Assembly: GCA_965203775.1 (NCBI GenBank)
Contig: OZ241913.1
Location: 2,192,015-2,256,014 of the forward strand
From: Dehalococcoidia bacterium
Lineage (GTDB): Bacteria > Chloroflexota > Dehalococcoidia > Bin125
Length of the DNA: 64,000 bases
Direction of reading: 5' to 3'
Shown here: in pieces, positions 8,273 to 16,922 of the stretch
Numbering within the stretch: the first letter of the stretch is position 1
Layout of the letters: each line of letters begins with the position of its first letter
Position numbers and translations under genes: made by a program
The notes under the pieces: model-generated
The model's database searches: none
What the model was told of the DNA's origin: nothing
Seen by the model: only the letters and a program-made list of their open reading frames with translations

Positions 8273-10069
8273 TTAGGCCTTAGGCCAGATCTTGATCGCC
8301 AAATCTGCTAGCTGACGGCTGCGATCGACGATCGCGTCTTCGTGCCAGTCTGGCGCCGAATCGAGCGTGTTGTTCAAGAGCAGAGTGCTGTGGGTCTTGA
8401 GAGACGCCCGTTTCTCAGGCCACGCTGCGTTCGACAGGCTGGGATTGAGCTTCTTGTTGACGAGAGTCAGGTTGCCCAGCGTGTGTACTAGCCGGTTCCG
8501 TCGCTCGCTTGGGCTCTCCTCATCAGAGTCGCCGGTCGGATAAGGCCAGTGACTATGCCACTCTTGCGGCATCACGTGCTCGATCGTCAGTTTGTCCGGT
8601 ACCGCATCGGTTTCGGTCATCGCATCAGTCGCTCGCTGATACTGCTCGATCGCCTCGAGAACCATCCGCGTGCGTGCGCGGGTCAGGCGAGTGAAGAGCG
8701 GTTCGTGGATGATCGAGTTGCGGAGGTGCTCATCTGATGGCCAGACGACTCGCTCGTCGCTACCAGCCTGTAGATGGCTGATGACCGCGCGGGACGCAGA
8801 TGCAGGGTCAGCGCTCATTAGGGAAGCCATCATCTGGAGGAAGAAGTCGTGGCCCCCACGTGCCGCGTACCCACAGAGCATCCGTCGAACGAGATAGCTC
8901 TCCAATGCACTCACAGAGCCGTCAAGTTCTGCGCCGTCGTCGCAGCTGGAGCGGAGCCACAACAGCACTGGCGTCATCACTCCCATCTGCATGGTCCGCC
9001 ACCGATGCAGGAACAAGCCGTATCGAGAGTTGTCCTCGAAGTCGAGAAGCTCACGATAGACGGTCGTCAGCTTGTGGATCTCGTCAACCACATCGGACAG
9101 GGCGAGATCGGCGTCGAGTAGGTCTTGCTCGAACACCCGCGATTCGGTTGCTCGAGGTACTTCCTTTCCAGTGAGAACGACCAGGAAGTGGTTCAGGAAC
9201 TCGTCGACCCTCGCGCGACGATAACGCCCCGCTCCGATCTCAGTCCACCACCAATCGCCATCTTCTTCGACGCCTCGGATTGCTCCGGAGGTCGCGTTGC
9301 GCAAGTCGCTTGAAGAGTCCCTGACTGCTCCCATGAGCTTGCTCTTCACGATGTCCCATTCGAGCAATCGCGTGCCCCGGGCGTTCAGCGTCTCGAAGAT
9401 CTTGTTCGGATCGACATCAGACCCGAGGTCAATTGTGACGATCGTGAGCATCTCCACCAGAGCATGCTCGAGCGCTTGGGCTCGTTTGAGCGTCGGCTGC
9501 TGAGCGAGATTCAGCCACTTGTGGATCTGTTCTGTGAAATAGTGACGTGCCTTGACCATGGCAGGATCCTGTGAGGTGCGCAGGGAGCCTTCTACGGACA
9601 TTGCCGCACGAAACTGCTCTTGGTCTGCCTCCAGCGGCCAAACCTTGAACTCCCGATTAGGGTCACCGTCACGGTAGTGCTCGGCGTTCGAAACCAAATC
9701 GTGCAGCCGTTTCGCGATCTCGCCGTTGCTGCCTTCGGTGCCGAGGCTTTCGTGAATCGCCGTGCGGGCAGCAGCCAAAAGAATCTGCAGCGTGATGAAT
9801 CGCTGATGCCCGTCAATGACAGATCGAATCTGCATCCGTGCGGACGGATTCTGTTGCTGCTGGAGGACTACCGCGCCGAGGAAGTGCTCGTTCGCTGTGC
9901 CGGTTTCGAGCCACTGCTCGGCCGTTCGCTCGACATCGTCCCAGAGAGGTGCCCACTGTTTGTCCTCGGTCCACACGTACGGCCGCTGTAGATCCTGCGG
10001 GATGAGGTATCGGCTGGCGGACTCGAAGATCTGAGTCAGTGTGCTTTCGTGTGCTTCGATGTTCTTCAT
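8273..10069 (-). CDS. GmrSD-like type IV (modification-dependent) restriction endonuclease: N-terminal DUF262 (ParB-like NTPase, DGHQR) + C-terminal DUF1524 (HNH-like)
   Basis: N-terminal 'YVWTEDKQW...IDGHQRFITLQ' (DGQQR-type motif). C-terminal 'TIEHVMPQEW...LVHTLGNLTLVNKKLN' His-Me finger. Visibly lower GC than the flanks. Confidence 0.8.
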   Translation of the reverse strand: MKNIEAHESTLTQIFESASRYLIPQDLQRPYVWTEDKQWAPLWDDVERTAEQWLETGTANEHFLGAVVLQQQQNPSARMQIRSVIDGHQRFITLQILLAAARTAIHESLGTEGSNGEIAKRLHDLVSNAEHYRDGDPNREFKVWPLEADQEQFRAAMSVEGSLRTSQDPAMVKARHYFTEQIHKWLNLAQQPTLKRAQALEHALVEMLTIVTIDLGSDVDPNKIFETLNARGTRLLEWDIVKSKLMGAVRDSSSDLRNATSGAIRGVEEDGDWWWTEIGAGRYRRARVDEFLNHFLVVLTGKEVPRATESRVFEQDLLDADLALSDVVDEIHKLTTVYRELLDFEDNSRYGLFLHRWRTMQMGVMTPVLLWLRSSCDDGAELDGSVSALESYLVRRMLCGYAARGGHDFFLQMMASLMSADPASASRAVISHLQAGSDERVVWPSDEHLRNSIIHEPLFTRLTRARTRMVLEAIEQYQRATDAMTETDAVPDKLTIEHVMPQEWHSHWPYPTGDSDEESPSERRNRLVHTLGNLTLVNKKLNPSLSNAAWPEKRASLKTHSTLLLNNTLDSAPDWHEDAIVDRSRQLADLAIKIWPKA

Positions 10070-10098
10070 CGTCTTCGCCTTTCGGGTTGAGGACCGTC

Positions 10099-11511
10099 CT
10101 ACACCGCCGCCAGACTCGCCGACTTCCGCAGCGCGTTGGCGGCGCGCTCGAAGCTGGGGAAGGTGGGAATCTGCTCCTGCTGTAGACGCTGGCGCGCCTC
10201 CAGCGCTTCCGGCTCCACGTGGCTGGGATGCAGCGCGGCCAGGAACGGCTTCTCCGACTTCCCCATGAAGCGCTTGATCGACCCGATCAGCCGATCAAAC
10301 TCCTCCGGCTTCTCCCGCCAGCGCCGCGCCATAAACGTCGCCGACAGCTCCATCGCCACCGCGTCGATGTTCTCGTCGGCGTCGAGGATGTCGAAGATCG
10401 TATCGAGATGCTCCGGCGACTGACCGATCGTGCCGGCCGCGTCGAGCGGATTGCGGTACGACCCGCCGATGATGTTAAAGAACTCGGCCAGTTGCGCGTA
10501 CGAAGCGTCGCTCAGCGTCGGCACCTTCCAGCCCGCCTTTTCGAAGGCGTCGGTCAGTACCACCGACTGCCCGCCGGTCATCGCGATCAGGCCCAGCCGG
10601 TTGCCACGCGGACGCCGCGCCAGCAGCGTCGCCTTGACCACATCGACCATCTCGTCGAGGTTATGCGCCGCGACCGCGCCGACCTGCCGAATTACGGCGT
10701 CCCAGACCGCCTGATCGCTGGCCAGCGACGCGGTGTGCGAGCGGATCGCGCGCCCGCCGCCCTCCGTCTGGCCGCCCTTCCAGATGATGACGGGCTTGCG
10801 CGCCGCCGCGGCCTTGAGCGACTCGAACAGCCGCCGCCCGTCGCGCGCGCCCTCGATGTACATCGCGATCACCCGCGTGCGCTCGTCGTCCGCGAGGTAA
10901 TCGAGGTAATCCGCCGCTTCGAGGATGATCCCGTTGCCGAACGAGACCAGCGATGAGCAGTACAGCCCGTTGGCCGCGCCGGTCAGCGAGAAATTCATCC
11001 CGTGCGTGCCGCTCTGCGAAATAAAGCCGATCTCGCCCTCGACGCCGTGCGGCTGGTCGCGGTTGAAGCGCACGCCCAACCGCGGAATGTGAACGCCCAT
11101 GCAGTTGGGCCCGATCAACGCTAGACCGGAGGGCGCGGCGATCTCGTAGATCTTGTCCTGCAGCTCGACGCCGAGATCTTCACCTGTCTCCGCGAAGCCG
11201 CTGGTGAACAGCGTCACGCCGCCCACGTCGGCGTCGACGCAGCCCTGCACGATGAACGGCGCGACCTGCCGCGGCACCGCGCAAACCGCGAAATCGACCC
11301 GCTCGGGAATCTCGGCGAGACTCGCGTAGTTCTCGACGCCCAACTCCTCAATACCGGGGATCTCGTTCGGATCCACCTGCACCGAGTAGAGCTTGCCGGA
11401 GAACGTTTGCAGCGAGCGCAGCCAGCTGTAGCCGCTCGCTTTCTTGTCGCCGATCACCGCCACGACTTCCGGATTGAGGGTGCGGTGCAACCGCTCGCGC
11501 GTCACAGGCAT
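10099..11511 (-). CDS. Acetate--CoA ligase (ADP-forming)/acyl-CoA synthetase (NDP-forming), CoA-binding alpha subunit
   Basis: CoA-binding Rossmann N-terminus (VAVIGDKKASG...) followed by succinyl-CoA-synthetase-like flavodoxin domains. Confidence 0.8.
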   Translation of the reverse strand: MPVTRERLHRTLNPEVVAVIGDKKASGYSWLRSLQTFSGKLYSVQVDPNEIPGIEELGVENYASLAEIPERVDFAVCAVPRQVAPFIVQGCVDADVGGVTLFTSGFAETGEDLGVELQDKIYEIAAPSGLALIGPNCMGVHIPRLGVRFNRDQPHGVEGEIGFISQSGTHGMNFSLTGAANGLYCSSLVSFGNGIILEAADYLDYLADDERTRVIAMYIEGARDGRRLFESLKAAAARKPVIIWKGGQTEGGGRAIRSHTASLASDQAVWDAVIRQVGAVAAHNLDEMVDVVKATLLARRPRGNRLGLIAMTGGQSVVLTDAFEKAGWKVPTLSDASYAQLAEFFNIIGGSYRNPLDAAGTIGQSPEHLDTIFDILDADENIDAVAMELSATFMARRWREKPEEFDRLIGSIKRFMGKSEKPFLAALHPSHVEPEALEARQRLQQEQIPTFPSFERAANALRKSASLAAV

Positions 11512-11585
11512 CGGTATCGCCTTTCACTCACTGGTACACTGGCGCCAATCGGCGCTACGGCGCGCCGATCAGATCGTTACCGCGT

Positions 11586-12299
11586 TCACTCGCCGTCCGG
11601 CGTCAGCACGATTCGCGCGTCGACCGCGATTGCCCCGTCGGCCCGCGCGAACACCGGGTTGAGGTCCAGCTCCGCCACCTCCGGGTGCGCCTCGGCGAAC
11701 TCGGAGAGCTGCAGCAGCATCCGCTCGATCGCCGCCAGGTCGGCCGGCTCCGCGCCGCGAAAGCCCTCCAGTACGGGAAAGCCTTGAATTTCGCGGATCA
11801 TCTCGCTCGCGTCGCGCGGCTCCAGCGGCACCACCCGAAACGCCACATCCTTGAGCACCTCGACGAACACGCCGCCCAGGCCGAACATCAGCACCGGGCC
11901 GAACTGCTGATCCTGTGTGATGCCCAGGATCACCTCCGTGCCCGGCGCGGCCATCGGCTGCACCGAAAGCCCGGCCGGCGCAACGCCCGGCGCCGCGGCC
12001 GCCACCGCCTCGTGAATGCGCCCCGCCGCCGCGCGCAACTCGTCGGCGTCGGCGATGCCCAGCTCCACGCCGCCCACATCCGTCTTGTGCGTGATCTCGT
12101 CGGCCACCACCTTGAGCGCGACGGGATAGCCCAGCTCGGCGGCGATCGCCGCCGCTTCGTCGACCGAGGACGCCAGCCGCGTGTCGGTCACCGCGACGCC
12201 GAACTCGGCCAGCATCGCCTTGGCCTCGACCTCGCTGAGCAGCGCGCGCCCCTCGGCCCGCGCGCGCGGCACGATTCCCGCCGCTTCCGCCGTTGTCAT
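11586..12299 (-). CDS. Acetate--CoA ligase (ADP-forming), ATP-grasp beta subunit
   Basis: ATP-grasp_5 pattern (EVEAKAMLAEFGVAV...LGYPVALKVVADEITHKTDVGGVELG). ATG at 12299 chosen; the longer ORF to 12653 is an upstream artefact. Confidence 0.75.
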   Translation of the reverse strand: MTTAEAAGIVPRARAEGRALLSEVEAKAMLAEFGVAVTDTRLASSVDEAAAIAAELGYPVALKVVADEITHKTDVGGVELGIADADELRAAAGRIHEAVAAAAPGVAPAGLSVQPMAAPGTEVILGITQDQQFGPVLMFGLGGVFVEVLKDVAFRVVPLEPRDASEMIREIQGFPVLEGFRGAEPADLAAIERMLLQLSEFAEAHPEVAELDLNPVFARADGAIAVDARIVLTPDGE

Positions 12300-12477
12300 C
12301 ACTCCGCCTCCTGCCCGATTTCGCCGAATCCGGTTCGCCGCTGCGAGGATATATGACGCCTCGGGCTCGCCCGCCGCATGGCTGGCCGCGCGGCCGGGCG
12401 TTCCCTGTGTCTCGATCGTTCTGTATAGTCGCTTAAGCAGTTTCAGCCGCGAGGTTGGAGAGACGGGGCGCAGGGCG

Positions 12478-12945
12478 ATGACGACACCAGACGATCCGTT
12501 CAACGGCTGGTCCGACCTGGTCGAGGCGTCGCGCGAGCTGGGCATCCACCCGCAGAGCCTGCGCCGCCTGATCAAGCAGGGCCGCGTGCCCGCCAGCATG
12601 TTCGGCGGCAAGTACATGATCGCGCGGGACAAGCTGGAGATGTTCAAGGCCAACTACGACCGCCGCCCCGGGCGCAAGCGCTCCGCGCGGCTGATGACCG
12701 CCGAATCCGCGCCCGCCGCGCCGCCGCGCAGCGGGCGGCCCAGCTTCGGCGAGTGGTTCGACCTCGTCGAGGCGTCGCGCGAGTTGGGCATCCACCCGCA
12801 GAGCCTGCGCCGCCTGATCAAGCAGGACCGAATCGGCGCGCGCTTCTTCGGCGGCAAGTATCTGATCGCCCGCGAGCAGCTGGAAATGTTCAAAACCAAC
12901 TACGACCCCCGCCCCGGCCGCAAGCGCTCCGCCCGCCTGATTTAG
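12478..12945 (+). CDS. DNA-binding protein with two tandem excisionase/MerR-type helix-turn-helix domains (internal tandem duplication)
   Basis: Two ~75-aa repeats (FNGWSDLVEASRELGIHPQSLRRLIKQGRVPA.. and FGEWFDLVEASRELGIHPQSLRRLIKQDRIGA..). Nucleotide repeat 12520-12690 vs 12755-12920. Confidence 0.7.
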   Translation: MTTPDDPFNGWSDLVEASRELGIHPQSLRRLIKQGRVPASMFGGKYMIARDKLEMFKANYDRRPGRKRSARLMTAESAPAAPPRSGRPSFGEWFDLVEASRELGIHPQSLRRLIKQDRIGARFFGGKYLIAREQLEMFKTNYDPRPGRKRSARLI

Positions 12946-13043
12946 GCGCAGGCTGTAGTGCGCTCAACAGGACCGCTCCACGATGTTCTTCGGGCCACCG
13001 CTGCCCATCGATCGATCTGCGTCTGCCGGGGTACCATTGGCTC

Positions 13044-14012
13044 ATGCAGCGAAACGCACCGAGACGGCAGCACTACGTCCCGCAGTGGTATCTGCGTCGA
13101 TTCCGCGACCCGACCTCCAAGGCGGGACGGGACTACGTCGCGGCCTATGACCAAAGGAGCAAAACGCAACACGAGCGGATGGCGATCAAGAACGTCGCGG
13201 TCGAGGCCGACCTCTACACGATGTCGGCTGTGAGGGCTGCCGACGCCTACAAGGTTGAAGAGCTGCTTGCTCGCCGCGACGAACTCGATTTCCATCTGAC
13301 GGAACGAATTCTCAAGCACGGCAAGGTAGACCGCGATGACCTCCCCGAAGTCAAGCAGTTCATTGCGTTCCAGTACTTCAGGACGAGATGGTTCCGCGAG
13401 GTGCTGCGAAGCGACTATCGGAGCGAGCAGCCGCGACTCGCCGCCGAACTGGCCAAGGAGGGACCGCCACCAGCATGGCCTGCCGACCAGCAAGCGGAAT
13501 TCTGGCAGTCCGTTGAGGATCTGGAAGGAGGCGAGTGGGTTGCACCTTATGGTGAAGACGGCCTGCTCGAACTGCAATTCAGCGTGTACGGTGACTTTTT
13601 CGCCAGCCTCGAACAGTTTCGCGGCTGCGCTGTCGTCTGGCTTCTCGACGCCTCGTTCGTCACGTCAGACAACCCGATCGTGGTATGGCAGTACGCGACT
13701 TCGCTGTGGGGCACCATCATGGACATTAGCCTGTACGGCGCCGACGAAATATGGGCTCCGCTCGGCCCTCGTCATGCCTTGCTGTTCACTCGCTCGATTC
13801 CGAGATGCCCGATGCTGGTGGGTTTACCCATTCCTCAAGTTCGCAGTGTCAACAACGCCCTGATGCAAGCCAGCGATCGCTGGACGATCTGGCAGCCTGG
13901 ATCGGCGGCCGATCAGTTCCTTGACTTACCAGTGGCGCGAAAGGTCATCTCTCAACGTCGCTCAGTAGGGAACCGCACCAGCGCCGACAGCGCCTCGCCT
14001 TCGGAGAACTGA
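13044..14012 (+). CDS. DUF4238 family protein
   Basis: N-terminal 'HYVPQWYLRRF' signature characteristic of DUF4238. Stop abuts the start of the next gene. Confidence 0.7.
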   Translation: MQRNAPRRQHYVPQWYLRRFRDPTSKAGRDYVAAYDQRSKTQHERMAIKNVAVEADLYTMSAVRAADAYKVEELLARRDELDFHLTERILKHGKVDRDDLPEVKQFIAFQYFRTRWFREVLRSDYRSEQPRLAAELAKEGPPPAWPADQQAEFWQSVEDLEGGEWVAPYGEDGLLELQFSVYGDFFASLEQFRGCAVVWLLDASFVTSDNPIVVWQYATSLWGTIMDISLYGADEIWAPLGPRHALLFTRSIPRCPMLVGLPIPQVRSVNNALMQASDRWTIWQPGSAADQFLDLPVARKVISQRRSVGNRTSADSASPSEN

Positions 14013-14014
14013 CC

Positions 14015-15541
14015 ATGCTGAACGCGATTCCCAAAAAGGCGCTGTTGATAGCGATCGCGCTGTTCTTCACCGTTCTCAGCGCGGGCGGCGCAAGGGCGAA
14101 CGGCGCAAGCGGATCATCGGTCTACATCGGTTCCGACTGGTGCGCTGTCGGCGGCTCGGTGAACATCCGCTGGCAGATTGACGGCGGCGCGCCGCCCTAC
14201 ACAGTAAGCGTCGCGGGAATCGTCGCCGAGACGGACGATGAGCATCTGTCCCTCTCTTGCGCCGATCTCCGCGCCTGGGTGACCGACGGGGTGCTTCGCC
14301 AGCACGTTGAAGTCGTGCTGCTGGTGCAGGTGGTCGACGCAAACGAAACGGAAGCGGCAGCGAGGCTGACGATCCTGCTGCTCGCCGCCGCTCCGCAGAA
14401 CGTACCGCAAGAGATCGACCTGTTCGTCGGGTACAGCGACGTTCACGTGAGGACACTGTCGTTCATGCCGGCAAGCGAATTGCGGCCGGTTCCGTCAGTG
14501 GTGCTCATCCGTTACCGCCCGCTGGGCGCCGTTGCATGGGCGTATGCAATGCCGTTTCCGTGGGGTCCCCAGAGTGGTCGATACGCACTCCCTTCGCACA
14601 TAAACGATCTCACCCCCGGAACGTTATACGAGCTGCAAGCTGCCTGGGTCTGGTTTCTGGATACCCAAGCATTGCCGACAGGGGGATCTGGGTGGGAGGA
14701 GCCGGACGACGACCACTGGTGGCGCAAGTGGAACGATGCGCAGGCGCTTCGCTGGTCTGAGTCGCTCCAGTTTCGCCCGGGCGGCGTTCGGCAGATCGCC
14801 GTCCGCTCGCAGACCGACTCGATCATCACGTGCTGGGAATCCGCTTTCGGCCGCGACTACGTCGTGGCGCGCTCGAACGACTGGCCCGGTGTGTCCTGGG
14901 TGGACGCGGTGCTCTGGAGATCGCAGAGCGAGTGGTCAGAGTTCTGCCCGGACTCGACGAGCGCGTCGATGATTGCCGCGCTGCCGCCGGACACGCAGTT
15001 CGAGATCAGTCTGCTAAGGATATTGCCTGAGGGTTTCGTTCCTTCGCCGATAGGCAGTGCCCGCGTCGCCACCGGACCGGCGGAACCCGGTAGTCCACCG
15101 CGACTTGCCAATCCGGCCGATATCGCAGTGACAGCCGGCCTCGATCACGTAACCGTCGCGTGGACGCCCGACGAGCAGATATCGACAAAGGTGTGGCTCG
15201 CCGCGACAGGACGACAACCCCGACCACGGCCAACCAATCATCGGCAACTCGCGGACGACCGATTCGAGCTTACCTTCGCGGGCCTCAAGCGGGGATCGAC
15301 GCAACGCCTGTACGTTGCGCGATACTTCCCAGGGCGTATCGGTCCATTCCCAGCTATGTGCGCAGTATGGGATGTTCAACTGCGCTCAGCGAACCCGGAG
15401 GCGTACCTCGATCGCTATCTCGCCAGCGCACGGCATGGAGGCGAGCCAGCAGTACGACCTGTTCAGCTTCCGCAGCTGACAGTCGGCGAGCTCCCGACCA
15501 TGTCGACTTGTAGGCTGTCTACGGGGGTTGGCTCCGAATGA
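14015..15541 (+). CDS. Large secreted hypothetical protein (signal peptide, Trp-rich, no recognisable domain)
   Basis: N-terminal signal peptide MLNAIPKKALLIAIALFFTVLSAGGARA. Start 3 nt after the DUF4238 stop, consistent with an operon. Confidence 0.6.
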   Translation: MLNAIPKKALLIAIALFFTVLSAGGARANGASGSSVYIGSDWCAVGGSVNIRWQIDGGAPPYTVSVAGIVAETDDEHLSLSCADLRAWVTDGVLRQHVEVVLLVQVVDANETEAAARLTILLLAAAPQNVPQEIDLFVGYSDVHVRTLSFMPASELRPVPSVVLIRYRPLGAVAWAYAMPFPWGPQSGRYALPSHINDLTPGTLYELQAAWVWFLDTQALPTGGSGWEEPDDDHWWRKWNDAQALRWSESLQFRPGGVRQIAVRSQTDSIITCWESAFGRDYVVARSNDWPGVSWVDAVLWRSQSEWSEFCPDSTSASMIAALPPDTQFEISLLRILPEGFVPSPIGSARVATGPAEPGSPPRLANPADIAVTAGLDHVTVAWTPDEQISTKVWLAATGRQPRPRPTNHRQLADDRFELTFAGLKRGSTQRLYVARYFPGRIGPFPAMCAVWDVQLRSANPEAYLDRYLASARHGGEPAVRPVQLPQLTVGELPTMSTCRLSTGVGSE

Positions 15542-15606
15542 GGTGGAGGGGCCGCAAGCCGAACACCTACGAGTGCTGTCCGCGTCCAGAGCAGCCCGTA
15601 GCCACG

Positions 15607-15819
15607 TTACTCCGGGGTGTAGCCGGCGCGGACCATGGCGGCGATGCGCTCTTTGCCGATGCGCGTCAGGAGCTCGTGCGGATCGCTGATCTCCTTTTCC
15701 AGCGCCGCGATAATCTCGTTGCCGCGTTCGAGGTCGCAGAGTCCGCGTTTGATCCAGACATCGCGCACCCACTCCCAGTTGAACCACTCGGCGCGCAGGT
15801 CTTCTTCTTCGTATGGCAT
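15607..15819 (-). CDS. Small hypothetical protein (70 aa), co-oriented 25 nt downstream of a tail-anchored coiled-coil protein gene
   Basis: Compact ORF with high-GC codon bias. No known domain. Confidence 0.4.
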   Translation of the reverse strand: MPYEEEDLRAEWFNWEWVRDVWIKRGLCDLERGNEIIAALEKEISDPHELLTRIGKERIAAMVRAGYTPE

Positions 15820-15844
15820 GCTGGTTGCTCCGCGTTGCGCGCGC

Positions 15845-16318
15845 TCAGTCGAGCACGACGATGACGATGCTGATGACGGCGGTGGCGATGGTAATCGCGC
15901 CGATGATCAGGCCGATGCCGATGGTGATGTGGTTGTGAATCTGTCGGTCGCGTTCCGCAGCTTCGCGAGCCCGCTGTTCGGCCTCGCGCGCCCGCGCCGC
16001 GTCGCGCTCGGCCGCCTCTTGCGCCCGAGCCGCTTCGCGCTCTGCCCGCGCCGCGTCGCGCTCCGCTGCCTCGTGGGCGCGTTGCTCGGCCTCGCGGGCC
16101 CGCTCTGCATCGCGCTCCGCTGCGCGCCTGCCCAGATCGGCAATCGCGGCGAGAACGCGGTGCTCCGACGCTTCGTGGCTCTCTCTCGTGACGAAGTTGG
16201 TGGCCAGCCTGGAGAACTCGTCGTCGACGATGTCGACCAGCTCGCAGGCCGGTTCGTCTTGCGCGATGCCGCCGCGTACGAGCGCGTTGCGCAGCCGCAG
16301 CGTGTTGATGATCGCCAT
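15845..16318 (-). CDS. Tail-anchored coiled-coil protein, paralogue A (expanded RE(A/E)-rich repeats, C-terminal TM helix)
   Basis: N-terminus 'MAIINTLRLRNALVRG...', then REAEQRAREAAERDAARA repeated about 5 times, then the C-terminal TM 'ITIGIGLIIGAITIATAVISIVIVVLD', identical to paralogue B. Confidence 0.6.
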   Translation of the reverse strand: MAIINTLRLRNALVRGGIAQDEPACELVDIVDDEFSRLATNFVTRESHEASEHRVLAAIADLGRRAAERDAERAREAEQRAHEAAERDAARAEREAARAQEAAERDAARAREAEQRAREAAERDRQIHNHITIGIGLIIGAITIATAVISIVIVVLD

Positions 16319-16349
16319 TGCCCCACCTCCCGTCTACAGAATAGCGCGA

Positions 16350-16472
16350 ACGCGCCCCTTCAGTGCGCCTCCGACGCGCCCGCGATGATCGCCTCCACGA
16401 ATTGCAGCTTGTCCGGCGTCGCGATCGGGCTGATCTCGGCGCGCACCGCACGCTTCAGCTCGAGATCCTCTT
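16350..16472 (-). pseudogene. Truncated duplicate of the 3' end of acs (remnant of a segmental duplication)
   Basis: About 120 nt near-identical to acs 3' coding end (16923-17150) with an internal deletion. Lies between the two paralogous genes. Confidence 0.6.
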
Positions 16473-16537
16473 CCGCGGCCCCATCCGCCTCGCACTGATC
16501 CTCGGCAACCTCTCTCGTCCCCGCAGTGTGACAGGCC

Positions 16538-16882
16538 CTAGTCGAGCACGACGATGACGATGCTGATGACGGCGGTGGCGATGGTGATCGCGCCGATAAT
16601 CAGGCCGATGCCGATGGTGATGTGGTTGTGAATTTGGCGGTCGCGCTCGGCCGCTTCGCGGGTGCGTATCGCGTCGCGCTCGGCTGCGCGCCGGTCCGAA
16701 TCAGCGATGGCGGCGAGCACGCGGCTCTCTGACGCCTCGTGGCTGTCTTTGGTCACGAAGTGCTCGGTGGCTGCGGCGATCTCTTCGTCGAGCGCGCCGA
16801 CGATCTCATCCGCGGGCTCCTCCTTGGCGACCTCGCCCCGCACGAGAATGTTGCGCAACCGCAGGGTATTCATCAGCGCCAT
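16538..16882 (-). CDS. Tail-anchored coiled-coil protein, paralogue B (short form)
   Basis: Shares N-terminus and the identical C-terminal TM anchor with 15845..16318, and lacks the repeat expansion. Confidence 0.6.
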   Translation of the reverse strand: MALMNTLRLRNILVRGEVAKEEPADEIVGALDEEIAAATEHFVTKDSHEASESRVLAAIADSDRRAAERDAIRTREAAERDRQIHNHITIGIGLIIGAITIATAVISIVIVVLD

Positions 16883-16922
16883 CGCTCACCTCCACAGCCA
16901 TTATACGCGCCGCAGCGCCCCT

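Noticed and set aside
11586-12653. Long form (355 aa) of the ATP-grasp subunit ORF
   Set aside because: The N-terminal 118 aa (MALNISSLSRAIMYLPP...) are the reverse-strand shadow of the tandem-HTH gene region and lack ATP-grasp homology. The ATG at 12299 gives the canonical subunit length.
15635-16498. 287-aa + ORF and 261-aa - ORF across the paralogue/duplication region
   Set aside because: Arg/Ser-rich alternative-frame translations of the coiled-coil repeat DNA (GCG/CGC periodicity). The tail-anchored protein frames have coherent domain structure and an identical TM anchor.
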